A stretch of DNA of 64,000 nucleotides, from assembly GCA_003344405.1 (NCBI GenBank), contig NOWV01000227.1, positions 1-64,000 on the forward strand, read 5' to 3'. How positions within the stretch are numbered: position 1 is the first letter of the stretch; every line of letters begins with the position of its first letter. The stretch comes from Trichoplax sp. H2. Taxonomy: Eukaryota. Positions 51,901 through 64,000 of the stretch are shown here, one piece after another. The notes under the pieces were generated by a model. The model did no database searches. It was not told the DNA's origin and saw only the letters and a list, made by a program, of their open reading frames with translations. A program made the position numbers and the translations under genes.

Positions 51901-54900
51901 GCCACTTTCTTCCTACATCCGTAGTTGAATAAGAGAAACTTGTTAACGTACTAATCAGTTATTGCTTACGGCAATTTCTCAGCCTATTTCCATACTAGAT
52001 ACATTGTATTGGAAATGGCTGTTTAATTCCATCTCAGCTTCTTCCTCCAGCCATAGTGGAGTCATCGGAACTTATTAACATAGCAATCACACGGCTCATT
52101 TTGTTGTCTAGGAGAGTTTTTTCGCTCTATTTTATGTCAGCTACACCGTTGCTTTCTTTCCAGTCTACATCTACAAATGCATGCTATACCGCATAAAATC
52201 TAAAATCAGGAAGGATAATTCGATAGCTCTCACGGCCCTGTATTTCATTTATTTTATCATGCTCATGCTAAGCAATTACAGATATCAAATAGTTTATACT
52301 TGGTTTATATTCCAAAGTTGATATTCCAATGATGGCAGAGAATTAATCAGTCGAATCCTAAATCATTTCGCTCTGGTTACAATTAGCACTATTCTCGATT
52401 GATTTATGACAGCTATTTCATCCTAGTTTTTCCTTCTACTTTCTCTTTACCTTGATAGCGGTAATCTACTCGTATAAATCTCTCTAGACTCTAGAATTCT
52501 CATCAATCGACTATTATAAAATCGTCCCTATCCTATCTCTACCTATCATTCATTCATCTACTCGCTAAATCTTAGCTATTTAAGAATCCTCTTCTATCAT
52601 CGTTTTAGGTCCTAATTGTCCTTAGTCTACTCATAAAATCTTACACAGATCTCAGAATCTTCTTTAATCAACTTAGACGAATCGTTCCTAATCGTATAAT
52701 GTCCTTAATTTTATCTATCATCATTTATTAACGCAATTAAATAATTCAATGCCATGTGCTAGCTTGCCTACCGTAGTAGCCCACTATTAGCCTTGACAAA
52801 CGACTTGAGTAATTTTTTTCTCAAGTCTATTTAGTACCTACCCTACCTATGATCTTTTCAATATCGATAAAATTCCATCTACTGGACACTCCATCTCTTA
52901 GTCATTGGCCATCTATCTACGAATCGAACGCTAATTCTAAAGCTTCTTAAATCTACACAAGATTTTATTTTTAAAGCTGACTTGACTGTAAAATAGAATC
53001 AATGAAAATGAATAGGATATAGCAATCCAGAATATACCTTTACGCTACAGCAGTTGTAGGAAATTCCCTTTTGGTTTATAAAATAAATATTAATTAATCG
53101 AGGTGTACAGTAAAATTGCATTAATTATACTAATAGAGAAATTAAGGTGCCGCTGAAATACAGGCAAATAGAGCGACCTTGATTAGCTAAAAAGTTCATC
53201 CTAAAATCTATACACAGAACATAACTAAATCTCTTCAGCTGCAATCGATAGATTGGTATAACGTGGCCATAAATGATTGCTGCTGTTTTTAAATAATATC
53301 CGAAAATTTATTATTTTCACATCGGGAAGACGAGTATTATTGAAGTGCATTGATACTCATAAACTGTAAAAATAAAGTATTCCAATGTCATTATCATGGA
53401 AGGTAGAAAAATAGCGTTAATCGATAATTGAATTCTTTTGGATAATTAATATAAATGGATTAATTATGATCTCTTCCCCAATAGGCATTATTGCAAGAAA
53501 ACGTAAGCCTCTTAGCTAGAGTTGACAGTTTAGAAGGGCATTTGGTGGATACAGAAGACAGGGTAATACAACGAATAAAATTTATATCATGTTTACTATT
53601 TATGGATATTTCATGAAAATAATCAAATAGAATTATTAATACGGAAGAAGAAAGAAAAAGAATCTGATTCAGCGCTCTTGAAAGCCACAATAACTAATTT
53701 AAGAATACTAAGTTAAAGTCACGTTCACTCATGGACTAAACTATATTATTTCTATACCTACTCGTCATGTCTTTTCACGATGATTGAATTATTTTGTTGG
53801 TATACATTTTATTTTTCCTCGCCTTATTTACGTGCAATGCAATAGATCGTGACGTCGAAATTTTATTCTTACTTTAGCCTTTTATGACAGACCCATAACT
53901 TATCATTAATCTATATTATACACTGATCACGTAGGAATGTTTAAATAAAGTAACGCTATATCAATGCTTATTATTGTAGGTTATCCAGATACAGCATGAG
54001 ATGAAAATGAAGGAAGATTTATGGAAATCATTGCATAGCGAAGATGATAGTATAGAAGAATCGGATCGTGCTAGCGGAAGTGATGATGTCTTTTTTGGCA
54101 ATCTTGGGTAAAAATAATGACAATATATCGTTAAATAGCTATTGATATTGCTAATTTGAGCCATCAATCTATTCAATTTATTATTTATGATACAAACTGA
54201 ATTTTCTTTCATTAAATTCATTAGTAATCGTTTTTGAAGCTATTTGATTTTACGTTATGTTATTACAAATTGCGTGATCGATGGATTAGTTTGATAGATT
54301 GAAGAGATATCGTAGGTATTAAAGGCTATAAAAAGATTGCTCATTGATTAGATTATACTGCATAAAAGAGCATGTCTTATTATTAGTTCAGTAAACTGTA
54401 GAAGTGAATAGTAACTAGAGAGCTATTCGTTACAAAATTTTATTTCAAGTAATTTACAATTGATACAAGTGCCTATCTTGTGTTCAAATCGTATTAATAT
54501 AATGGAACCGAGATCATGACACCTTCCAATTATTTCTGAATTCGAATAGTAGTCTTATACACTGTAACTGCGTTACTAAATTTCTTCTCGCGAAATTTCA
54601 AGATTGTTTATAAGTTGAATAGCTTAAACAAAACTTACTTTACTGCTATTCTAGGAGCTCCAATCATGATGACCTTCAAAATTTAGCAAATAAATGCAAA
54701 TACTTGGAAGAAACTAATAATCAATTAACGGAAGAAGCTGCCCGATTAAGAATAGAAACTGCTAGTGTTGAAGAAAAAGAAAAACAGTTAGTTGAAGATT
54801 GTGTTCGTCAGTTAGGTATATTTTAATGACTAACCTTATTGCTACTATCAGCTTTAGCATCCAATGAGTAACTCATGTATTGAATTAAATCTTACTTTAG

Positions 54901-57634
54901 CCGAAGCTAACGCTCAACTGAAAAGCTTAAATAATGAAGTTGCAATCAAGGGAGAAGAAAACTTGAAATTACAGGTAATTTTTGCAAATTTGGTTACACT
55001 CCTTACTGGAATGATTGGTTAATATTTTACTCGTTTTAAATGGTTAAACTTATAAATTGGTGCATGTTATAAATCTAGAATGATGTCACAGAATTAATGG
55101 AAACCTCTATTGCCTTAAAAGCGGAGCTAAAACAGGTAGATGTGAAATGTAAATTCACGTTTTAAATGCAGAAATTTATTTATAATTGACTCAAAAACAC
55201 GTTAATTGAATTATTACTGACCTATATACTTGTATAGATCATGTTTGAACATGAACAACAACAACTGATGATTCGCCGATATAAAGAAAGTGATACGAAG
55301 TTAAATTCAAAAGTAATTACTTTTTGTAGTGCTAAAATACTGCAAGAAGGTGTAAGAGTTTATCTTTTCGGCAATAATATCAATCTTTGCTTTGTGATTT
55401 TTCATAATGTTATAGGTTGAAGATCTAAAAAAGAAATATGCTGAATGCTCTGAATTGTTGCATGATGCTCAGGTATATTTATCTGTCCAATCTTTCCATT
55501 AATATTATACAAATCTTAACAAATCTTTCAAACACTAATTGTGTTTAAACTTTTATCCTGCATTACTGTTCATCAATTTTTAACACCATCGATACCAAAC
55601 TTCTTTAGAGTGAAAGCAAGGACTTACAAAGCCAATTAAGGTATCGAATAAAAATACTTGTAAATAGTCTTTATGTTCGATTGCCATTCTACGCGCTGAA
55701 ACTACAGTAATTTTCTTCGGCAAATTGATTATTTTATAACCTTTGAAATACTACTTTACTGCATACATCGTTTTATTAATGAACTCATCATTGTTATTTT
55801 AGTACCCTCAATAACCAAGCCATGTTCAATGCGACAGATTTATTCCGCAAAAGAACGGTAGGTTATTTTGCAAATTTGATCGTGACTGGATAATAATTGT
55901 ACGGCTATATTTACATCCTACAATTTCATGTAGTGACGTAGATCTAAACTCTTGGCGAGATCTAAATTTGTAAAAATGTTAATCCTTCGTTTTAAATTCA
56001 TCTAATTAGGATTCTATGGCTGTAGAATTAAAAGACAACTTGAATAGTTTCAAGCTTCGGTCTTTTCCTTCTGAAAGCGACATAGTAAACGATATGAACG
56101 ATGAAGTAACGCAATACCGCCCGCTTCAGGATAACGATAAGGATATTTTTTTAAAGGAACAGGGTGGACAGCGCAAGGTTAATTGTAGCGTAAAATGCTA
56201 ACCGTGATTGTAACACCTATCAATTGTTTAATCCGTTTATTGAGTTTGATATTTCTGTATCCCTGTAACAATGTTGATGGTATTTCAGTTCTTATACTGA
56301 ATATAATAAAAATGGGGATCCTTAATGAATGATAAATTTTATATCGATGCTAGTAGTTACAGTCTTATATCTGTGGCTTTTAGAAATAATGATAGCGAAA
56401 TTGACGCCTATTTTCCTCTTATTACCAAATTAACGATAGTTTCTTTCCTAAATCTAGATGACTGACATAAATGAGGATGCAGAAAGTAACAGGAGTGGAT
56501 TTAGCAGAACAAGTTCTTTCGGTGAGAGTGATAGTATGAATCTACTAAGCAAAAGGAAGTTCTATCCAGAAAAGCTACAGATAGTTAAACCGATGGAAGG
56601 TATACTTAATTTCTCGAATTTTTTATTTATCGTATTATGGTTATAAGAAGCATTTCGGTGCACTAAAATAAAACTAAAACCTAGCTTCAGCTCTTTTGCT
56701 CATCTATTTCTAACCTTTGATTTTTTGAATCAAAATAGGCTCTCAAACACTACGACAGTGGCAGAAGTTAGCCAATTTTGGATTAGATGGCCTAAATGAA
56801 GAACAAGATGAAACGAGCGATAAGCCAAGCGGTTTAAATTTGGATATTCGACCGAAAGGCTTGGAAGATTTCGAGGGCGCAGATATTATTAATACCTTAT
56901 TCACGGATACTTCTACTAGGGAGGAAAATAGTGCAAAAGCTCCAACATTAAAAACTACAATATCGCAGCCTCTTTTAGATAGATCTACTACCATTGGCCA
57001 TCATTCTATAGCAACAGTTTCTTCATCATTAAATACAATTTCAACGATTTCTACTCCTATTCAGACTTCTATAGCTAATACAATGAAAGGAGCCACAAAC
57101 ACGTCGATGCTAGATTTAGGTGATATCAAAACGAATGGTCAATTGAACAGGACAACAACGATACCAACTTTTACTAAAGCAAAATTTGCTGATAAATCTC
57201 AAACAACAATGACCTTTACTTATTCTAATGTCAGTCTTAATCAAACTAAAAAGGTAGAAGAATCTCCAGAGCAAATAAGTATAGACAATGTAGCCAATGA
57301 TCAAGATAGAAGTAGTACTGAAGATAGATTAGGTTTAGGTATGAATGCAAGTCCATTAGTTGCTTTTGCTAAAACGATTGGTGTTCGTCATGGTATAGCA
57401 AGTCCTAGGATACAAGAAGCTAGTGGTTTTAATAGTATTAGTCATGTCAGAACGCCTATTATATCATCATCCCCTTCCAATGACAGCGAAATTGATGATG
57501 TAATCCCCAAATCTTCGACACCTATGAGTGATAAATCTATTCCGCCTATGACAAGTATCATGTTGATGCGATCCAATTCTGTTGTTAAACGTAATTTATC
57601 ATCTTTACTATTACAGCCCAAACGATTTCCGTAA
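42907..57634 (+). CDS. TRAK: Trafficking kinesin-binding protein (TRAK/milton; HAP1_N plus milton domain); 5' end unresolved
   Basis: Exons 42907-43173, 49780-49859, 51290-51328, 53485-53562, 53980-54107, 54655-54815 and on to 56458-56599 and 56739-57634 splice in phase. They give LTLEQADEILQYF/ALFAQHSNQMTKVY../KEKDLELAARIGQ/ALLQEN.., EEKEKQLVEDCVRQL and PEKLQIVKPMEG/SQTLRQWQKLA, all TRAK family signatures. Confidence 0.9.
43955..44500. repeat. Intronic degenerate tandem repeat, about 4 copies of about 145 bp
   Basis: atcc.tgattgg.t.a.gttgag...gtact...ggtactaaaatagattcatctt recurs at about 43960, 44075, 44215 and 44375. Confidence 0.75.
45500..46995. repeat. Intronic tandem array, unit about 134 bp, about 10 copies, with a recently duplicated core
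   Basis: Near-identical units start at 46192 and 46326, with the next cagtc at 46460. More diverged copies (cgactagca, agtctc.tgca, ttccaatttaaaagcaaatct) flank them. Confidence 0.85.
47700..48500. repeat. Intronic degenerate tandem repeat, units about 170-190 bp
   Basis: ggtctccattact / ttggagcttccatgaaaa / gcttctag...gagtttacttgattgcttt blocks recur at about 47894, 48061 and 48254. Confidence 0.7.
48530..49090. repeat. Intronic tandem duplication, 2 copies of about 281 bp
   Basis: attggat..ctgattgacgaccat...gatccaat.acaaccacagca...actaacctccatgatg...aacgcttgaga...cactgttt starts at about 48550 and 48831. Confidence 0.85.
49744..49766 (+). repeat. (CT)n microsatellite in the polypyrimidine tract of a TRAK exon
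   Basis: About 11 CT units end 13 nt upstream of the exon that starts at 49780. Confidence 0.9.
51370..52150. repeat. Intronic higher-order repeat: about 160-bp monomers forming about 315-bp dimers
   Basis: A-type actggtagtaa..atggctg.ttaatctcat occurs at about 51400 and 51718. B-type ggcattggaaat occurs at about 51563 and 51874, and a hybrid occurs at about 52006. Confidence 0.75.
52460..52720. repeat. Short degenerate repeat, 3 copies
   Basis: tctactc...aaatct.....agaat occurs at about 52465, 52557 and 52626. Confidence 0.5.
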
Positions 57635-58571
57635 GTATTGATTCACAGCCATGTCTAGGCACTTCTATATGGAGTAATTTTGAAGAGGCTATTACTGCCA
57701 TCAATTTGTACCAGTTATGGTAACCATCCTCCGATGTAAACTAATTCTATCGTTCAAATGAAGATACCTAGGTTATAACAATTCATACGATTTGTCAGAA
57801 TAATGACATTATTACTAATTGCTAAGCCCTTCTGGAATAGTTTTAAATAACGATAGGCTATTACTGAAAGTAACTTTTTAAACATTGGTGTATTCTATTA
57901 TTAATATCAAGATATTCTTAAGTATTAAGTCTATCTCGAATGATTGTATAAATAGTAATTACTCTATACGAGCATGTATCCATAATAAGCAGCAATTTTA
58001 TTATAGCAAATGATCAATAGCACCTATTCGATTAAATGATATTTATTAACAAAAATTTTTAACTATAATAGGACATATTACATATGCAGATGTGATTATA
58101 GCGTTTTATTCTTGAAATTTGTTAGTTTCTGATGAGAGAATAGCTGTACAGTAATTGTGTAGAGAATAATTAAAGAAGCTATATACTTAGATACAGTCAA
58201 TCATTGCTTTATATTCGATATTGCTGTAAAAATATTCGACTAGATATTTTAACGCCAAAAAACAATTGCCATTGACTTCTATCATTAGAATAATGGCGTT
58301 GACTAAAACTGATGGTTATTATATAATAGTGCAGTTATCAAAATCTTAAGGCGATTTTAGCCTGCTGCTATGCCGTATAGATCTGTCGCTAGCATTTTAA
58401 GTTCTGGCATTATCTAATCAATTGTACAATAAAAAATGCGATGAATTTGATTAAATTATGGTAATTGAATGATTCTTATTGGTTACATTAGTTTGAAGTA
58501 ATCAATATCATGATCGGATTTTGCATAGATGATCTTAACAACTTTGGTTCTTCTAATAATCGATGTAAGGC

Positions 58572-61500
58572 TTATTTTGAAGATATTGATTTCTTTTTAA
58601 GTTTAGTCGCCGAATATTGACCTAGTTGGTATTATAGAGAGAAAGAATTTTAATTTTATAATTGTTATTAGATGCAAGATTGCTCCCTATAAACTAGTTA
58701 ATATACTGTACAATGGATTGAGTTACTGACCACTTTTCCCTGATATTGAAGGCTGCTTGCTTTTGACCGATGATTTATCTGATTTAGCATCAGAATTATC
58801 ATTATTTACTCGAACGCGAGTACTATTGGATAAGACAACGCGAGCACGAGCATTGCCTTTTCGACTGTAGAAAGGATGATATTGGTAGACCGCAAAGTTA
58901 TAGGAAACAACTAATGCAAAGATAAAGCAGTATTATTAATGTAATTATAAAATAAATAAGAAGTAGTAGTTGATATTTCATATTGAAATTACCTGCTGGA
59001 GAAGGAACATATTTCAAATATTCTGGTCGAGAGGAAGCTTGTGCATCAGGCATATAATTACTGACTTGTACTGAAGAATCTACATAACAATGAGAACAAG
59101 ATTAGACTGATCGTTATTCTACTTACACAGTATATACAATATAGCACAAAGACGAGAGAAGTTCAGCTTACTATATGTATCCACAATTTTCTTTTTCTGC
59201 CTATTAGTAATAATCCTAAAGCCATGTAAGCAGTTTATTAATAATAGTGGATAACTGAACAAAATCTTACTTAATGGAGATATTAGGCTTACTTTGGATC
59301 CCATGTTTGAACTACTTTTTGTTTCTTTTTAGTGATAGATTGATATTTTGTCCTTAAATACTGAACGGCAGAGATATTTGATTACTTACTTTGTAATGAT
59401 GTAGAAACATTTTGGATATTTAATATATTAATTTATCCTTCATTCAGATATTTTTTTAGACTATATTCATATAGGCTTTAAGATCGTTTACTCCTTTTAT
59501 AGTTGTTCAAATTAAAGTGTGTTATAATGATTATATTCCTATTTTAAATTACAAATTACTTTTCTCCATGCTAATTGAATAGTTAAGGCTGCCATTTGCC
59601 TTCTTAATTCATCCGCTTCTTCCTGTATTCATCCAATTCAAGAATAAAATGCTACTTTAATAAACCACCAGTATATTAGAGTCATCATTTCAATAATTAC
59701 TTACCGTTTTTCGGTAAAACATATTGTTGGCTTTGTCTTTAATATATCTATAAGACAGATCATGAAATATATACCATAAATATTAAAAAAAATACCAAGT
59801 ATTTGGATGCTTTAGCCTTATACGGCATAGCTACCTCCGCCATGCGCGCTGGATAATAGTGACAGCTCTAACTCTGGATTTAATATGATAAATTCGATGG
59901 CGTTCCCGTCTAGCAACAAGCTGAGATTCTGTTAAAGGAGTAACCTGAAAAGGAGTATGTCAACGAATAAGATTATGTGTGAAATAAATAACAATGACAT
60001 TATTAATTCCTGGCCTGTTTACTTATGTGTTCTCTAATAGCACTGAATATTTGATTTATTTATTATACAATAATGGAGTACCAAAGCGTGCTATTAATAT
60101 TTTACTATTAAGTTCCTACCAAGACATGTGGAGCTAGCAATTCATCTGTATTAACGGCATCATCTACAATGCCTATAAATCTGGAATAGAGATATAGGTG
60201 ATATCATTTATTTATTTTAAAAGTATGACATTAGATTTGGATATCGATAAGCCTTGGTACTTATTGTTTACAGTTGTAGTAGTAACTACATAGAATTATT
60301 ATTGCCACTTACTTTGGTCTTGCATCTCCGTCGGGTTGCTGAGTAGCCTAAAGGGCAGAAATTACATATATTCAGTTTATTGTTTATCTGCCTACTTTTA
60401 ATACAAATCTAGACTAGAATGATTGCAAATGAATCTACTAGTTTATTATTTTAGGTCGCTATCTATTCAGCTATCATAATTAATCATCATTATTGCTTAC
60501 AGATTCATCGGTATGATACTGGTCTCTTTTCCTTTTAAGAAGAAAAATGTGAATTTATACCGTCATTAGTAATTTAATTTAATAAGTGGTACTATAAATG
60601 ATTACGTCATATGCAAGGCTAGAGTAATAGAATCTCAACCAAACTAACCAAGTTTCACTAATAAACTGCTGATATAAATACAAGTATAGTGACAGACTAT
60701 TATGCAGACGTGGCGTAAAATTACAGTCTATAATTTCTGATAGAGCGCTCCATTATAAATATTAAAGAAGACGTGTATGATGTATTTTATAAATGCACAT
60801 GAGAGAATAATCGTGCAGATATTGTACTATTCCAGCATAATGCATTAAAGATATATTTACTTCTATACTTATAAATTTCTGTAAGAGAATTGCATAGCAA
60901 CTTATAAATTCTCGTAAAATTAATTTACTTAGTATCCGATTTTAATCGCTCATGGGCTTGCATCAATCGTCTTTGTTCTTTAATATTTTTTCGTACTCGA
61001 TAACCTCGATAGAATGCCTAAATATTGAACGTAAGTGGTAATAGAAGAAGAAACAATGATCTAGTTAGTAAGGAATGATAGATACTCATAGGCCTACTGG
61101 CTACTAATGTCGAACCTGGATGGTTGTAGCACTCAAGTCCTGAATGCTTGTTATGGTCAATGCTCCATGTTCTATTAGATACTATAATTTCAAAATAGGA
61201 CAGTACATCGTTCATAATCGTGAGCAAATGTGTTGAATATCAAGTCTGAATTTAATCAATCTTAATACTTGTGCTGTGTCAAGTCTTTCATCCATAATAG
61301 CGTAATCCAATGGTGTCAATCTAAATTTATGAAATCAAATCATAGCAGTTGATTGACTACCGTAGGCCCATAATATGAATTAAGGTTATGCAGCTAATGT
61401 TAATTACGATAGTAGAAACTGGGATAGAATACTGAGAAAGTTGAAGGATTTATTACTTTTCTCCGCCGTATTCGGTAAAGTTAGGATTAGCATTGTAGTC

Positions 61501-64000
61501 CAACAATGTCTTTACTGCTTCTATATGGCCGAAACTGCTTGCCCAATGAAGTGGAGAAACACCCTACAATGCGATGATTATATTTCATTGAGTATTAACT
61601 ACAGAATGGATTAGAGATGCCATCGACAAGCAATATTTCAAGTCCAGCTCTAGAAGATAGAGTCATCGATGGCGCTCGCACTGAATGAATATGTATTAAA
61701 ATACGCAAATCTACCACAGCAGATGAATAGTTTACGATTAAAATTTTCTAAAAATTCTATCACGTTCACTTAATTCACGATTCTAAGCTGTCAGTTTGCT
61801 ATAATATGAAGTCAAGTTTTATACTCAATAAGAACAGTACTGTTGCTGCGAATTGATAGAGTAGTTCATTACAGTGATAGAATATCTATTATACTTTTTA
61901 AGTCCGTAGTAAACTATGAAGTAATTGAAAGGTACTCGGAGCTTATGGTTTTCATTAGTAGTGTTATCACTTAAGTAACTATTGTATAATGTTGTATAAT
62001 TCAAAATTCGAAATTGTGGCATAGAATTGCAAAACTATAGTGAAGTTATTCACGTAGGAACGATTAAAGACGAGTATAGCATCAATATTGTCAATTTCCT
62101 GCCGATGATTTAATATGTTTTATAAGTTCAAATGAATCAGATATGCTGCTGTTACAAATTGCTAGCTAATTATAGCTTTAGAATAGTACGATGTAGAATT
62201 AACTCTGGCGATTAAAGATATCAGATTAGAAGATAAAAATTGCAATTTTAAACAGAAATAGTAATAAAACAATGAAAAAGTTGCCATGCCATACCTTAAC
62301 ATCGCGTTTATTTGGATCGGCGTTGTTATCAAGCAAAATTTTGATACATGTTGCATGACCATTATAAGCTGCCACATGAATTGGAGAACGACTATAGAAA
62401 TTAATTGCCGATTGTAGTGAATGATAGAAAATACGATGAATAAATGGATTATACAGTCGTTCAACATCAAATTAGAATGAAATATGATAGCAGGTTACAA
62501 ATAAATACTAGAAACTTGTACTACGAGTATAATTAATTTGACAATTCAGAGCTATCTTGCAAAAATTGAAAAGTCCTTACTTATTGTTATCACCCTGGTT
62601 AACTTCAAGGGAATATTGCAGGAGTGTAGAACAAACTTCATCATGGCCACCTAATGCAGCCCTGAAACATATTGACCAGAAATGTATTAGTTACGATAAT
62701 GTTAGATAGAAGCAATTAACACGCATATTAGTAGCAGTCTGTACTTTACTATAGTTATTAGAATACTACATATCCGTTATAGTTAGGTTACGGCTCAGAA
62801 AAATGTCAGTACCAGTGAAGCAAGGTTCTACCCTCATTATCCTTTAGGTTAATTTTTCCTCCACCTGTTCGATATTTCATAAAACATTACTTTATTATCG
62901 TTATTACTGATACAATTTTCATACAAAGCATATTTAAACATAGAAATAATAAAAGGAAACAAAGATCTTGGAGTACCATCAATTAAAGTGTTCATTGCTT
63001 CCAGATGACCAGTTTCACACGCGCGAAATATGGGAGTATGGCTACGGTTATCAGCATAATTAACATCTGCAGAGTGCTACATTATCAACATCATAGTGTT
63101 AGTCTATCTCGATAATAAAATGATTTATGGTATAGATTATGAACGAGTGTTAAACTTACCTTTATTAGTAAACGGACGCATTCCGATTCGCCTGAAAATG
63201 CTGCAGCATGTAGAGCTATAACCAAAAGAATTAGTCATAAATAGTATGCTAAAATATTGAATGCTTTGTTGATATTTATATTCACAGTCGTATATAGAAA
63301 ATCTTATTTATTTACCTGTCCCACCGGTCTTATCCACCAAATTGACATAACTATCATCATGAAGTAGCATAATTTTTAATACCTCGGTATTGCCTATAAG
63401 TATAGTGCATTTATAAAGTAATCATAAGAAAAAATTAAAATACTCTTTATCTCCATTGTTATGATGTATTTTAATTACCTTTACTGGCAGCCCACATAAG
63501 AGCTGTTCTACCATCATTATCAGGAATATCTTTAACGTGATCAAACGATACGAATGTACTAACAGTTTCCTGGTGCAAATGAAAACAGGAATAGCTTTAA
63601 TTTAAGGCATTTCCTACTATAACTATATTATAATCTTAATAATATGAAAGCGTTGAAATTCATTCCATCCAAATTTGGTTTCTTAAACTTACTGGAAAAT
63701 CACTTTGTGCCTAAAATCAAGCAGACAAGTTCATTAAGGGTTACTTATTACCAAAGTAATTTATCGAGCAACAACCTGGATAATCAATGACATCATCTAT
63801 GTTAATACTGATTAATAATAAATAAATGACTATTGTAGAATAGAATCAAGGTATTTTAACTAATAAGAATATTAATAATTAGATAGTAATTAATACTGAT
63901 GATATATTGTAAGATTATCCAGGATCGATTTACGTTATCCAGAATTAATAACCACTGGATTACTCACAGCATAATGCAAGGCTGTAGCTCCGTTTCGATC
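58572..64000 (-). CDS. INVS: Inversin-like ankyrin-repeat/IQ-motif protein; 3' part only, gene continues beyond the window
   Basis: Small exons encode ankyrin repeats (GATALHYA, LIWAASKG, TALHAAAFSG, HTPIFRACETGH, SPIHVAAYNGH, GVSPLHWASSFGH). These are followed by LTPLDYAIM..YLIEHGALTITSIQDLSATTIQ/AFYRGYRVRK..LMQAHERLKSD, which parallels the inversin segment EHGALSIAAIQDIAAFKIQAVYKGYKVRK..MKHEQLRKD. The predicted stop is at 58574-58572. Confidence 0.82.

Overview
This is AT-rich eukaryotic DNA with many short GT-AG introns (about 60-150 nt) and metazoan gene content. It most resembles a compact early-branching animal genome such as the placozoan Trichoplax, which is an inference only. Recognisable genes, in order: the 3' exon of a clan-3-like cytochrome P450 (+), plus a decayed copy of its 3' end about 2.3 kb downstream; intronless DNAJC22/wurst (-); an intronless, highly divergent rhodopsin-class orphan GPCR (-); multi-exon ARMC4/ODAD2 (+); CEP83 (-); TRAK/milton (+); and the 3' part of an inversin-like ankyrin-IQ gene (-). 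Three of the last four genes are ciliary. Intergenic DNA and the long TRAK introns contain more than a dozen apparently unrelated, locally amplified, degenerate tandem arrays (units about 55-320 bp, many 130-170 bp). There are also weak relics or candidates: a class C GPCR pseudogene, a possible death-domain relic and unassigned spliceable exons. I found no rRNA, tRNA, CRISPR array or autonomous transposon. Exon boundaries were read by eye and may be off by a few bases.
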